Shown here: positions 31,756-41,413 of the stretch, one piece after another
Layout of the letters: each line of letters starts with the position of its first letter
Position numbering within the stretch: the stretch's first letter is position 1
DNA from: an uncultured Gemmatimonadales bacterium
GTDB lineage: Bacteria; Gemmatimonadota; Gemmatimonadetes; Longimicrobiales; RSA9
DNA: 64,000 nt
Reading direction: 5' to 3'
Assembly (NCBI GenBank): GCA_963798085.1
Contig: CAWCRS010000001.1
Location: 420,522 to 484,521, forward strand
Translations under genes and position numbers: made by a program
Notes under the pieces: generated by a model
Database searches by the model: none
What the model was told of the DNA's origin: nothing
The model's input: the letters and a program-made list of their open reading frames with translations, nothing else

Positions 31756-32487
31756 GTGAGCGCATCCCGGCTTCCACTCGACGAGCACCCGCTCTTCCGT
31801 CGCCTCTCCGGCCTCATCGCGGATCACATTCGCGAGACAACCGACGTGTCGCGCCCCTTCGTACCTACGCGGCAAGACCGACCCGAGGAGACCTACCTAC
31901 GCCACTGCTTCATGGCATCCGCCGAGGTAGTACAACTCCTGCACCAGATGTCGTTCACGCCGGCGTTTCTGAGCAGCTTCCGAGCTACCCCAAGGCTCCG
32001 CGCCGCAGGGGTCACGCGCTTTGAGTTTCTCGTCTACCAGTTGGAGAACTGGTTCATCCGTTGCACGGCGCTGTCTGATCGGGCTTTGATCCTCGTGAAT
32101 ACTGTATGCCGACTAGGATTCAGACCACAGGACTGCAAGTTGAACTTGGTCACGACGAACTCTCGGGTGGCAGGTAGCGCGATCAGCGCCGCAGTCAAGG
32201 CACTGGACAAGCATGTCAACACTGTGCGACCAATGCGGAACTCCATTGCTCATCAGCATCGGCTACGGCAGGAAGGATGGGGCGACCTGGAGGGCCTCGC
32301 GCTCGTTATGCAATCCGACCCCAGCATCGTGTCCCCTCATTACCTAAAGCGAGAGCTAGATCGGGCCGTTGCCGAGCGTCGAGCGGAAATCGAAACTTTC
32401 CTAGCGACGGCAATATCTAAGACGGGTCATCTCCTCGCGGCGCTCGCGACACGATTCGAAGCCGAGTACAAGGCGCTTGCCATCTAA
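31756..32487 (+). CDS. HEPN-domain protein, Cthe_2314-like (cassette E)
   Basis: YQLENWFIR...DR...LVN..RLG and RNSIAH (RxxxxH); stop codon lies in the attC R'' box. Confidence 0.7.
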   Translation: MSASRLPLDEHPLFRRLSGLIADHIRETTDVSRPFVPTRQDRPEETYLRHCFMASAEVVQLLHQMSFTPAFLSSFRATPRLRAAGVTRFEFLVYQLENWFIRCTALSDRALILVNTVCRLGFRPQDCKLNLVTTNSRVAGSAISAAVKALDKHVNTVRPMRNSIAHQHRLRQEGWGDLEGLALVMQSDPSIVSPHYLKRELDRAVAERRAEIETFLATAISKTGHLLAALATRFEAEYKALAI

Positions 32488-32578
32488 CGAATCGTTGCAG
32501 CTGACGGAGGCGCGCGGGCGACCTCGCGGCAGCCTAGCTCCAGCCGCGCGCCTCCGCAGCTGAACTTGAGCGTTAGAC
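32482..32578 (+). repeat. attC (cassette E)
   Basis: ATCTAAC...GTTGCAGCTGACGGAGG...CCTCCGCAGCTGAAC...GTTAGAC. Confidence 0.92.
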
Positions 32579-32659
32579 ATCTCGCAGCTCTTGACGCACG
32601 CCGCTTGCCGGTGATTGGCCGTGTTCGTTAACAGTCCCCGCACTCAATGTCGGCAACCC

Positions 32660-33174
32660 ATGCTTACTCGAGTCACGGCCGGCTTTGCTCCAGTCTGCCT
32701 CGCGCTCGTCGCCCTTTCCGGAGGCGGGTCCGCCACACGCCTTCAGGCGCAGGCCACACCGCAAATATCTGGCGCCGATACGGCGCTCGCCACGGCATCG
32801 GCGCGGAACTCCAGGCCATGCTGGTCTCACGGTTCGGCCTCGTGGCGCGCGCTGAGGGCCTCGCCGCCGTTGAGAACGCATACTGGTGGGGCACGAGATT
32901 CGACTTCCTGTCGAATCCAGACACCAAGGCGTATCTGGACGTGCTCGTCGGGGATCACCGGTGCTATCCAAGTACACTTAGCGGCACCGGTAGTGGTTGC
33001 CCCTACAACGGTACCAAGTGGAAGGCCGGCGCCACCGTCCTGGCAGGCTTTGAGTTGGGAAAGCTGAATTCGCGGTGGTCGGTCGGGGCAGAAGGCGGCC
33101 GCCGTTTCGTAAGCGCCGGAACTCGACCCAGGTGGACATTCGCCGCCACCATTCGGTATCTGATAATCCCGTAA
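32660..33174 (+). pseudogene. Secreted/outer-membrane hypothetical protein (cassette F copy 1); 1-bp deletion near 32778
   Basis: GCCGATACG here versus GCCGTATACG in the intact copy at 34367. Confidence 0.65.
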
Positions 33175-33267
33175 ACGACCGCTCCCCTGACGGACGCTGC
33201 CAGAACTGTCGGACCACGTCCGGTATCAGCGTTCCGGTCAATGCTGCAGCGATTTCCGGCACCCAAT

Positions 33268-33358
33268 GTCTAACGAACCCGGTGAAGCTGACGGGGGTTG
33301 GCGGGTAGATAAATGCCTCGGCGCCTAGACCCCGCAGCTTACCTCTGTAGCGTTAGGC
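33268..33358 (+). repeat. attC (cassette F)
   Basis: GTCTAAC...GGTGAAGC...GCTTACC...GTTAGGC. Confidence 0.9.
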
Positions 33359-33625
33359 CGGACAAGCCGCGGGTAGCGCTCCGCCTGCTACCGGGTTGGG
33401 ATTGTTCCGCTGGCCGGCCGTGGAGGCGTCAACGTCAGGATGAGTCGTGAGTTGGCGCATGATAGCGATCCGCTTCTGACAGACTGGCGATGACAAGCGC
33501 CGAGCCCAAGGCTGGCAGCGATCGCGCGCAGGCACCGCCCGGCCAGCGGCAGTCGCGAATGCTCCTGCCACGGAACGGGCCGGCCCGTACTCACTCCGGC
33601 CCTCTCGGCTCGATTGGCGCAAGCT

Positions 33626-33654
33626 TTGTCCCCTCCCGGTCAAGCGAGTAGATT
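33626..33654 (+). promoter_or_regulatory. Sigma70-like promoter for brnTA, probably leaderless
   Basis: TTGTCC-17-TAGATT, 6 nt before GTG 33661. Confidence 0.5.
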
Positions 33655-33660
33655 GCCGGT

Positions 33661-33945
33661 GTGAGCTACGAGTTCGAGTGGGACTCCGCGAAAGCCGAAA
33701 GCAACCTGAAGCAGCACAGCGTCTCGTTCGAAGAGGCTGTGACCGTCTTCGCCGACCCGCTCTCGCTCAACATGCCGGACCCGGCACACTCTGCGGATGA
33801 GCAGCGCTTCCTCGTTCTCGGGATGTCGTCGAGGCACCGGCTTCTGGTAGTCGCCTACGCGGAACGACCGCCGCGAACACGCATCATCAGCGCACGCGAA
33901 GCCACTCGGCGCGAACGACATGACTACGAAGAAAACGAAGAGTAG
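33661..33945 (+). CDS. brnT: BrnT-family toxin (cassette G)
   Basis: FEWDSAKAESN...HSVSFEEA..VF.DP...RIISAR.AT..ER. Confidence 0.92.
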   Translation: MSYEFEWDSAKAESNLKQHSVSFEEAVTVFADPLSLNMPDPAHSADEQRFLVLGMSSRHRLLVVAYAERPPRTRIISAREATRRERHDYEENEE

Positions 33946-34171
33946 AGAGCGACAGGATCCGGACCGCGATTCGCTCCAGCCGGACTATGACTTCTCCAAG
34001 GCGGTCCGCGGAACCACCGCCACAAGATATGCGGAGGGAACGAACGTCGTCGTTCTCGACCCTGAGCTTCGCGAACTCTTTCCCACCTCGGAAGCGGTCA
34101 ATGAGGCCCTTCGAGAGCTCGCGGCGATCGCCAAACGTGCCAGCCGCCTCAAACGGCGGCGTTCGGCCTAA
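33920..34171 (+). CDS. BrnA-like antitoxin
   Basis: YDFSKAVRG...VVLDP...FPTSEAVNEALR; overlaps brnT. Confidence 0.75.
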   Translation: MTTKKTKSRERQDPDRDSLQPDYDFSKAVRGTTATRYAEGTNVVVLDPELRELFPTSEAVNEALRELAAIAKRASRLKRRRSA

Positions 34172-34285
34172 CAGCTGGGTGAAGCTGTCGCGCGCGCCGG
34201 TCTGGAGTGACGCGCCGGGATTGACCAGGATTGACCAGCGCATCGCACCCGGCAAAGCGCGCAGCTTACCCACATCGCGTTAGAC
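34166..34285 (+). repeat. attC (cassette G)
   Basis: GCCTAAC...GGGTGAAGC...GCTTACCC...GTTAGAC. Confidence 0.92.
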
Positions 34286-34366
34286 ATCTCGCAGCTCTTG
34301 ACGCACGCCGCTTGCCGGTGATTGGCCGTGTTCGTTAACAGTCCCCGCACTCAATGTCGGCAACCC

Positions 34367-34882
34367 ATGCTTACTCGAGTCACGGCCGGCTTTGCTCCAG
34401 TCTGCCTCGCGCTCGTCGCCCTTTCCGGAGGCGGGTCCGCCACACGCCTTCAGGCGCAGGCCACACCGCAAATATCTGGCGCCGTATACGGCGCTCGCCA
34501 CGGCATCGGCGCGGAACTCCAGGCCATGCTGGTCTCACGGTTCGGCCTCGTGGCGCGCGCTGAGGGCCTCGCCGCCGTTGAGAACGCATACTGGTGGGGC
34601 ACGAGATTCGACTTCCTGTCGAATCCAGACACCAAGGCGTATCTGGACGTGCTCGTCGGGGATCACCGGTGCTATCCAAGTACACTTAGCGGCACCGGTA
34701 GTGGTTGCCCCTACAACGGTACCAAGTGGAAGGCCGGCGCCACCGTCCTGGCAGGCTTTGAGTTGGGAAAGCTGAATTCGCGGTGGTCGGTCGGGGCAGA
34801 AGGCGGCCGCCGTTTCGTAAGCGCCGGAACTCGACCCAGGTGGACATTCGCCGCCACCATTCGGTATCTGATAATCCCGTAA
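34367..34882 (+). CDS. Secreted/outer-membrane hypothetical protein (cassette F copy 2, intact)
   Basis: Signal peptide, alternating beta-strand pattern, aromatic residues near the C-terminus. Confidence 0.65.
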   Translation: MLTRVTAGFAPVCLALVALSGGGSATRLQAQATPQISGAVYGARHGIGAELQAMLVSRFGLVARAEGLAAVENAYWWGTRFDFLSNPDTKAYLDVLVGDHRCYPSTLSGTGSGCPYNGTKWKAGATVLAGFELGKLNSRWSVGAEGGRRFVSAGTRPRWTFAATIRYLIIP

Positions 34883-34975
34883 ACGACCGCTCCCCTGACG
34901 GACGCTGCCAGAACTGTCGGACCACGTCCGGTATCAGCGTTCCGGTAGATGCTGCAGCGATTTCCGGCACCCAAT

Positions 34976-35066
34976 GTCTAACGAACCCGGTGAAGCTGAC
35001 GGGGGTTGGCGGGTAGATAAATGCCTCGGCGCCTAGACCCCGCAGCTTACCTCTGTAGCGTTATGC
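34976..35066 (+). repeat. attC (cassette F copy 2)
   Basis: Same hairpin as 33268; R' GTTATGC. Confidence 0.9.
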
Positions 35067-35182
35067 ATCCTCGCTCGTCGCCGGGATTTCTCAGCCGACG
35101 CTGGGGCCTTTACCGAATCTCCCACGCCGGCACCCAACGTGGACCGGTGGGTAGGAGAGGGCACCTGTCGCAGGAGAATAGC

Positions 35183-35407
35183 ATGCCGTCAACAGCAAAC
35201 GTTGTCCATAGCGACCCCGAGATCCTTGGTGGGACACCGGTCTTCGTCGGCACGCGCGTACCCGTTCAATCGCTCTTCGACTACCTGGAGGGCGGCGAGA
35301 CTCTGGATGAGTTTCTCCGCCAATTTCCATCCGTGAGGCGCGAACAGGCGTTGATCGCCCTCGAACTCGCACGCGATTCGCTCTTGGGCCTTGCGCGTAC
35401 TGCTTGA
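35183..35407 (+). CDS. DUF433 antitoxin (cassette D copy 2)
   Basis: Same protein as 31038. Confidence 0.9.
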   Translation: MPSTANVVHSDPEILGGTPVFVGTRVPVQSLFDYLEGGETLDEFLRQFPSVRREQALIALELARDSLLGLARTA

Positions 35408-35711
35408 CGAAAACATGCCCGTCGGTCTCGCGGCCGAGTTCTCGGGCCACGCTGTTGAGTCGGTGGTTGGCTTGGGTTGGGCGGGCATCAGGAACGGCGA
35501 GCTTCTTCGCCGTGCAACAGGCCGCTTTGACGCGCTGGTCACCATGGACCGGAATCTGGAGTTCCAACAGCCGGTCGCCCGTCAACCGTTCGGTGTCGTG
35601 GTTGTTCACGCTCCATCGAATCGATTGCTGCATTTGTTGCCGCTCGTCTCGGAAATCAACCGAGCTCTCGTCGGGATCGGCCCGGGCGCGCTTCGACATG
35701 TGGGTGGGTGA
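35391..35711 (+). CDS. DUF5615 PIN-like toxin (cassette D copy 2)
   Basis: Two amino-acid differences from copy 1. Confidence 0.85.
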   Translation: MRVLLDENMPVGLAAEFSGHAVESVVGLGWAGIRNGELLRRATGRFDALVTMDRNLEFQQPVARQPFGVVVVHAPSNRLLHLLPLVSEINRALVGIGPGALRHVGG

Positions 35712-35754
35712 GCACCGCGGCGCCGCACGATTGCCGGCCAGCCATTTTCCGGAT

Positions 35755-35876
35755 GCATAACAGGCGGCTGAAGCTGACGCGCTGGCATGTTCAGCCGACA
35801 CGCTCTCCGCGTCAGAATGCCGCCCCGAAGCGGACCGCGCCTTCAGGGCGCGCAGCTTACCTAAATCGCGTTAGCC
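35755..35876 (+). repeat. attC (cassette D copy 2)
   Basis: GCATAAC...GTTAGCC. Confidence 0.9.
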
Positions 35877-35942
35877 AGCAATTCAGCCACGTCGGTGCAG
35901 TACAGTCGCGCCGCATTCCCATTCATCCTGAGATCAACGAGG

Positions 35943-37130
35943 ATGCGCTACCACCACACGCGGGCCACGCTCCGGTATCGCCATGTCCGCGCCCTGACAG
36001 TCCTCGTCACTGCGACGCTTATCGGTCTCTCAGCCGTGGCGCGCGCCCAGCAATCCCGGCCTGCGTTCCCGCCCGGAATCATCGTCCGAATTGACAGTCT
36101 CGCGCAGGCGCAACTCGCCCTCGATGGCGTCGGCGGCATGACCATCGGCATCGTGACGGAGGCGGGCCTCGCCTGGACAAACAGCTATGGGTACGCCGAC
36201 ATGGCCCGGCACACGCCCGCGTCGCGTGAGACGGTGTATCGTATCGGCTCAATCACGAAGCAGTTTACCGCGATCATGCTGCGGCAACTGGTTTCACGGC
36301 ACGTCGTTCGGATGTCGGATGCTGCCGACCGATACCTGCCGGCGCTCGACTCATTGCCGGACGCAGGAATTCGCGCGCATCGCATTACGCTCCTCCAACT
36401 CGCGACGATGACGTCTGGTCTGGCGCAAGAGCCGGACGATGAGGAGCGCTATACGCAGGGCCGGCTCGACCGCTGGGAGCAGAGCGTTGTGGCCGCGCTA
36501 CGGCATACGAAGCTCGACGCCGAGCCAGGCGCAGCTTGGGATTACTCGAACATCGGCTACGCCGCGCTCGGCTTAGCGCTGGAACGGGCCGCCAGGGTAC
36601 CATACATCGACTACGTGCGCGAGCAGATCCTGATGCCGCTCGGGATGACTCACACAGGATTCGTCCTCGACTCAGCAATGCGCGGTCAATTGGCAACGGG
36701 ATACGCGATGGGTCACGGCATCGTTGACACGACGCAGCCTCGCCGCGAGCTCACCGGGCGTGGCTACAAGGTACCCAACGGCGGACTGTTTTCAACCGTC
36801 GATGACTTGGCGGCATTCGTTCGCTTCGAGATGGGGTATGGTCCGGATCGCGTCCTGCCACGGGCTGAGGTTGCGCGACACTTTGCAGCGCTGACCTACG
36901 CTACGCCCGACCTGTCGTCCGGATATGGCGTCGGGCTTCACGCCATTCGCCATGGGTCGATCGTGGCGCTCGGCCATCCCGGCTCGGTTGCGGGATATCT
37001 CTCGGCCGCGTACTTCGACCCGGCGACGCACACCGGTGCCATTGTGCTGCGCAACGTCGATGATCCACACTTCGATGTGCTCGGGCTCTGTCTCCAGGTC
37101 TTGGAGCTCGTGTCTGCCGCACGGAAGTGA
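35943..37130 (+). CDS. Serine hydrolase, beta-lactamase/AmpC-like family, secreted (cassette H)
   Basis: GSITKQF (SxxK), YSNIGY (YxN), GHPGS; signal peptide. Confidence 0.88.
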   Translation: MRYHHTRATLRYRHVRALTVLVTATLIGLSAVARAQQSRPAFPPGIIVRIDSLAQAQLALDGVGGMTIGIVTEAGLAWTNSYGYADMARHTPASRETVYRIGSITKQFTAIMLRQLVSRHVVRMSDAADRYLPALDSLPDAGIRAHRITLLQLATMTSGLAQEPDDEERYTQGRLDRWEQSVVAALRHTKLDAEPGAAWDYSNIGYAALGLALERAARVPYIDYVREQILMPLGMTHTGFVLDSAMRGQLATGYAMGHGIVDTTQPRRELTGRGYKVPNGGLFSTVDDLAAFVRFEMGYGPDRVLPRAEVARHFAALTYATPDLSSGYGVGLHAIRHGSIVALGHPGSVAGYLSAAYFDPATHTGAIVLRNVDDPHFDVLGLCLQVLELVSAARK

Positions 37131-37160
37131 GCAGCACGTTCCTGGCGCCTTCGCGCTGCT

Positions 37161-37258
37161 GGCTAACGAACGCTGCACCTGACAAGCGAGCTATGGAAGC
37201 AACGCCTGCGGCGTTGCATTTTATGGGATTCGCTTGCAAGTGAACTTGGGCGTTATGC
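37161..37258 (+). repeat. attC (cassette H)
   Basis: GGCTAAC...GCTGCACCTGACAAGCG...CGCTTGCAAGTGAAC...GTTATGC. Confidence 0.9.
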
Positions 37259-37463
37259 TGCGGTTAGACGCACGTCGGCCGTTGCGCGACTACGACCGCG
37301 TTCCAACTCGATGGGTGCTTCCGGTGGCAGTAACTCGGAGCCTGCGTCGGAAACAGCGATCTGGTCCTGGCCCGTTTTCCGACCGCCCCAGATCGAGTCG
37401 ACATCCAGATTGGGGCTGATTAGCTTGCCTGTGGTGTGATCGGAAAATGAACGCCGAGGACTC

Positions 37464-37694
37464 ATGCGAAACGAGTTCACCGCCGTATTCGAGCACGACC
37501 AGGACTGGGTGGTTGCGTACTGTCCGGAGGTCCCTGGAGCGAACGGCCAGGGTCGGACGAAGGACGAGGCACGTTCAAGTCTCATCGACGCCATCGTTCT
37601 GATCCTCGAGGACCGGCGCGAGGATGGGCTGCGTGGCGTTCCTGAGGATGCGGAACGCGAAACGATTACTGTCAACATCCGCGGCGCTGCGTAG
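37464..37694 (+). CDS. hicB: HicB-like antitoxin (cassette A copy 2)
   Basis: Same protein as 28322. Confidence 0.85.
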   Translation: MRNEFTAVFEHDQDWVVAYCPEVPGANGQGRTKDEARSSLIDAIVLILEDRREDGLRGVPEDAERETITVNIRGAA

Positions 37695-37709
37695 ACAAGG
37701 CGTCCGTCC

Positions 37710-37898
37710 GTGAAGCGGAGTGCCCTGCTGAAGCACCTGAGGCTTCACGGCTGCGTTCTGAAGCGCGAAGGACGATCTCACTCCCTTTGGCTGAATCCCG
37801 TCACCGGTGCCGTGGAAGCGGTGCCACGTCACACCGAAATCTCGAACCTGCTTGCGCGCAAGATCTGCCCAAACCTGTCCATTCCAGAGATCGGCTGA
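37710..37898 (+). CDS. hicA: HicA toxin (cassette A copy 2)
   Basis: R-to-P change near the C-terminus versus copy 1. Confidence 0.88.
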   Translation: MKRSALLKHLRLHGCVLKREGRSHSLWLNPVTGAVEAVPRHTEISNLLARKICPNLSIPEIG

Positions 37899-37955
37899 GC
37901 ACTCTTTGGCTTGCCGCAAGGCGGAGCGCGGACGAGAGCGTTACTCGGGTCCGCA

Positions 37956-38077
37956 GCATAACAGGCGGGTGAAGCTGTCGCGCAACGGCTGTCGGCGCAT
38001 CCCGCAATGAAGTGCAAAAGCCAAGCTGGCGAGTAGCGCCTGCCAGCAGCGCGCAGCTTACCCACATCGCGTTATGC
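37956..38077 (+). repeat. attC (cassette A copy 2)
   Basis: GCATAAC...GTTATGC. Confidence 0.92.
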
Positions 38078-38140
38078 CGCGTACCAACATCGAAATCATG
38101 GCACTCATGTTCGACGCAACCATTCCGTATCCCGTGCGCC

Positions 38141-38659
38141 GTGAGATACGATTCTAAGATTGCTTTGCTCGCGGATATCGAGCGCGAATTCGCTGCCCTG
38201 AACGCGGTCCTCGATCAGATCCCGTTTGAGCAATACCTCCAATCCGGGGTTTGGGGAGATAACTGGAACGTTCGAGACCTGGTCGCACACCTCTTCGAAT
38301 GGCAGCAACTATTCCTGGGCTGGTTCGATGCCGGAGCTCGAGGTCTCACTCCCGAAATACCCGCGGCGGGATTTCGGTATCGTGAGATACCACAACTGAA
38401 TCGGAATATCCAGCTGCGATACGCCAGTTGTGAGCCGCGCCAGATTCGGCAAATGTTGGAATCCTCGCACCAACAGCTCTTGGCATTGGCCGCGTCTCTG
38501 ACTCAAGAACAGCTGCTGCAACCAGGAGCCTTCGCGTGGACGAAGCGAAATGCCCTGGTGACGTACTTGGGGCCGAATACGTCGAGTCATTACCGATTCG
38601 CGCTCAAGGTGTTGAAGCGCTGGTTGCGCAGGCGTTCGGCCCCCGAACCCGCAGCATAA
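38141..38659 (+). CDS. ClbS/DfsB-family (DUF1706) protein (cassette I)
   Basis: WNVRDLVAHLFEWQQLFLGW...NTSSHY; stop codon in attC. Confidence 0.8.
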   Translation: MRYDSKIALLADIEREFAALNAVLDQIPFEQYLQSGVWGDNWNVRDLVAHLFEWQQLFLGWFDAGARGLTPEIPAAGFRYREIPQLNRNIQLRYASCEPRQIRQMLESSHQQLLALAASLTQEQLLQPGAFAWTKRNALVTYLGPNTSSHYRFALKVLKRWLRRRSAPEPAA

Positions 38660-38745
38660 CCTTCGCTGAAGCTGACGCGGCATGAAAAACACTCGTGCAT
38701 TCAACCACTGCGTGATGCCGCGTAGCTTGGCTTCATACGTTATGC
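38654..38745 (+). repeat. attC (cassette I)
   Basis: GCATAAC...GCTGAAGCTGACGCGGCAT...ATGCCGCGTAGCTTGGC...GTTATGC. Confidence 0.88.
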
Positions 38746-38759
38746 AACACGCGGATCGT

Positions 38760-39221
38760 TCAGGGCCGAGAGTTGGGCGACCTCTTGGGCTTGCGCACCG
38801 ATTTCGCGGTGCGTGGTCTGCCGCCCTTCAAACCATTGAGGCGAGCGGCACGCGCCTTGGCGGGGCTGCTAGCCCGCCCCATAACGCGGGGAGCCCATTC
38901 CCGAAGGTTGAGTGCATCGGCCACGAGCCCGGTGAGGGAAGCGTCGACGCCGAGATCATCCCAGTGAAGTCCGTCGCCGCTGGGTGAAACGCGCACTGCA
39001 GAGAGCTGCTCCGCGCTGCTTCCCTTCAGGCCCGGTACCCGGTCCGGCGGGAGCCCGAAGAGGAACCCACTTCGCAACTGCACGAGGAGAATGCCCATTC
39101 GCCGATCATAGCGAACTGCGCGTGCACGCGGCTCGATCCGGTCGGCCTCACGCGCTTCTCGAACGGCAGTCTTGTTCTGCCGCTCGAATCCGGCTTCGCT
39201 GATCCGGACGGGCTTAGCCAT
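38760..39221 (-). CDS. DUF2442 protein (cassette J, reverse-oriented)
   Basis: VRVSPSGDGLHWDDLGVD...SPAKARAARLNGLKGGRPR. Confidence 0.85.
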   Translation of the reverse strand: MAKPVRISEAGFERQNKTAVREAREADRIEPRARAVRYDRRMGILLVQLRSGFLFGLPPDRVPGLKGSSAEQLSAVRVSPSGDGLHWDDLGVDASLTGLVADALNLREWAPRVMGRASSPAKARAARLNGLKGGRPRTAKSVRKPKRSPNSRP

Positions 39222-39464
39222 GGAGCTTCCTCCATTCTGCAAGAAATCGCTGCTGATGCACTTCCACAATGCGAAGCGCTTCACGAGCGTCGGCCGCGCT
39301 CATGTGATGATTCAACCAGAGCGACGGCGGCGTCTCCGGGTCACCGATACGCACCACGACTTCACCACCGCGTGTACATTCGACATGACTTGCGGCGGCT
39401 GGTGCTCGCGCGGCGGAGCGCAGATAAAGACGCGCAACGCACCCTCCTCGTGAATCGTGATCAT
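39214..39464 (-). pseudogene. DUF4160 protein, frameshifted (cassette J)
   Basis: MITIHEEGALRVFI...EHQPP, then HVE...FLAEWRKLHG in another frame. Confidence 0.7.
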
Positions 39465-39527
39465 TGGGAACGGTAAACCCACCGCTAGGTTCTGGCAAGC
39501 CGCAACCGTTCGCGCCGATCGAGTGTT

Positions 39528-39650
39528 GCATAACAGCACGGTGAAGCTGCCAGGCAGATCGTTCCCAGCGGCAGGGGCCGGGTTGGTATCTCGCGGCGTC
39601 GTGCGTTTGGTGCTTGGATGGGCCTGCAGCTTACCGCAAATGCGTTATGC
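39528..39650 (+). repeat. attC (cassette J)
   Basis: GCATAAC...GGTGAAGC...GCTTACC...GTTATGC. Confidence 0.9.
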
Positions 39651-39764
39651 ATCCTCGCTCGTCGCCGGGATTTCAGCCGACGCTGGGGCCTTTACCGAAT
39701 CTCCCACGCCGGCACCCAACGTGGACCGGTGGGTAGGAGAGGGCACCTGTCGCAGGAGAATAGC

Positions 39765-39989
39765 ATGCCGTCAACAGCAAACGTTGTCCATAGCGACCCC
39801 GAGATCCTTGGTGGGACACCGGTCTTCGTCGGCACGCGCGTACCCGTTCAATCGCTCTTCGACTACCTGGAGGGCGGCGAGACTCTGGATGAGTTTCTCC
39901 GCCAATTTCCATCCGTGAGGCGCGAACAGGCGTTGATCGCCCTCGAACTCGCACGCGATTCGCTCTTGGGCCTTGCGCGTACTGCTTGA
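39765..39989 (+). CDS. DUF433 antitoxin (cassette D copy 3)
   Basis: Same protein as 31038. Confidence 0.9.
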   Translation: MPSTANVVHSDPEILGGTPVFVGTRVPVQSLFDYLEGGETLDEFLRQFPSVRREQALIALELARDSLLGLARTA

Positions 39990-40293
39990 CGAAAACATGC
40001 CCGTCGGTCTCGCGGCCGAGTTCTCGGGCCACGCTGTTGAGTCGGTGGTTGGCTTGGGTTGGGCAGGCATCAGGAACGGCGAGCTTCTTCGCCGTGCAAC
40101 AGGCCGCTTTGACGCGCTGGTCACCATGGACCGGAATCTGGAGTTCCAACAGCCGGTCGCCCGTCAACCGTTCGGTGTCGTGGTTGTTCACGCTCCATCG
40201 AATCGATTGCTGCATTTGTTGCCGCTCGTCTCGGAAATCAACCGAGCTCTCGTCGGGATCGGCCCGGGCGAGCTTCGACATGTGGGTGGGTGA
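39973..40293 (+). CDS. DUF5615 PIN-like toxin (cassette D copy 3)
   Basis: Near-identical to copies 1 and 2. Confidence 0.85.
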   Translation: MRVLLDENMPVGLAAEFSGHAVESVVGLGWAGIRNGELLRRATGRFDALVTMDRNLEFQQPVARQPFGVVVVHAPSNRLLHLLPLVSEINRALVGIGPGELRHVGG

Positions 40294-40336
40294 GCACCGC
40301 GGCGCTGCACGATTGCCGGCCAGCCATTTTCCGGAT

Positions 40337-40458
40337 GCGTAACAGGCGGCTGAAGCTGACGCGCTGGCATGTTCAGCCGACACGCTCTCCGCGTCAGAAT
40401 GCCGCCCCGAAGCGGACCGCGCCTTCAGGGCGCGCAGCTTACCCAAATCGCGTTAGGC
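40337..40458 (+). repeat. attC (cassette D copy 3)
   Basis: GCGTAAC variant R''...GTTAGGC. Confidence 0.88.
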
Positions 40459-40760
40459 CGGACAAGCCGCGGGTAGCGCTCCGCCTGCTACCGGGTTGGG
40501 ATTGTTCCGCTGGCCGGCCGTGGAGGCGTCAACGTCAGGATGAGTCGTGAGTTGGCGCATGATAGCGATCCGCTTCTGACAGACTGGCAATGACAAGCGC
40601 CGAGCCCAAGGCTGGCAGCGATCGCGCGCATGCACCGCCCGGCCAGCGGCAGTCGCGAATGCTCCTGCCACGGAACGGGCCGGCCCGTACTCACTCCGGC
40701 CCTCTCGGCTCGATCGGCGCAAGCTTTGTCCCCTCCCGGTCAAGCGAGTAGATTGCCGGT

Positions 40761-41045
40761 GTGAGCTACGAGTTCGAGTGGGACTCCGCGAAAGCCGAAA
40801 GCAATCTGAAGAAGCACAGCGTCTCGTTCGAAGAGGCTGTGACCGTCTTCGCCGACCCGCTCTCGCTCAACATGCCGGACCCGGCACACTCTGCGGATGA
40901 GCAGCGCTTCCTCGTTCTCGGGATGTCGTCGAGGCACCGGCTTCTGGTAGTCGCCTACGCGGAACGACCGCCGCGAACACGCATCATCAGCGCACGCGAA
41001 GCCACTCGGCGCGAACGACATGACTACGAAGAAAACGAAGAGTAG
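40761..41045 (+). CDS. brnT: BrnT toxin (cassette G copy 2)
   Basis: One amino-acid difference from 33661. Confidence 0.92.
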   Translation: MSYEFEWDSAKAESNLKKHSVSFEEAVTVFADPLSLNMPDPAHSADEQRFLVLGMSSRHRLLVVAYAERPPRTRIISAREATRRERHDYEENEE

Positions 41046-41271
41046 AGAGCGACAGGATCCGGACCGCGATTCGCTCCAGCCGGACTACGACTTCTCCAAG
41101 GCGGTCCGCGGAACCACCGCCACAAGATATGCGGAGGGAACGAACGTCGTCGTTCTCGACCCTGAGCTTCGCGAACTCTTTCCCACCTCGGAAGCGGTCA
41201 ATGAGGCCCTTCGAGAGCTCGCGGCGATCGCCAAGCGTGCCAGCCGCCTCAAACGGCGGCGTTCGGCCTAA
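41020..41271 (+). CDS. BrnA-like antitoxin (cassette G copy 2)
   Basis: Same protein as 33920. Confidence 0.75.
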   Translation: MTTKKTKSRERQDPDRDSLQPDYDFSKAVRGTTATRYAEGTNVVVLDPELRELFPTSEAVNEALRELAAIAKRASRLKRRRSA

Positions 41272-41383
41272 CAGCTGGGTGAAGCTGTCGCGCGCGCCGG
41301 TCTGGAGTGACGCGCCGGGATTGACCAGGATTGACCAGCGCATCGCACCCGGCAAAGCGCCGCTTACCCACATCGCGTTAGGC
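41266..41383 (+). repeat. attC (cassette G copy 2); 2-bp deletion next to L'
   Basis: GCGCCGCTTACC versus GCGCGCAGCTTACC in copy 1. Confidence 0.85.
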
Positions 41384-41413
41384 GACTTGTCATCTTCGTC
41401 CAGAAGGACATGC

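Noticed and set aside
41129..41413. N-terminal extensions of cassette ORFs running through attC (also 29673, 31642, 38012, 43332)
   Set aside because: They cross cassette boundaries and differ between duplicate copies; chance open frames.
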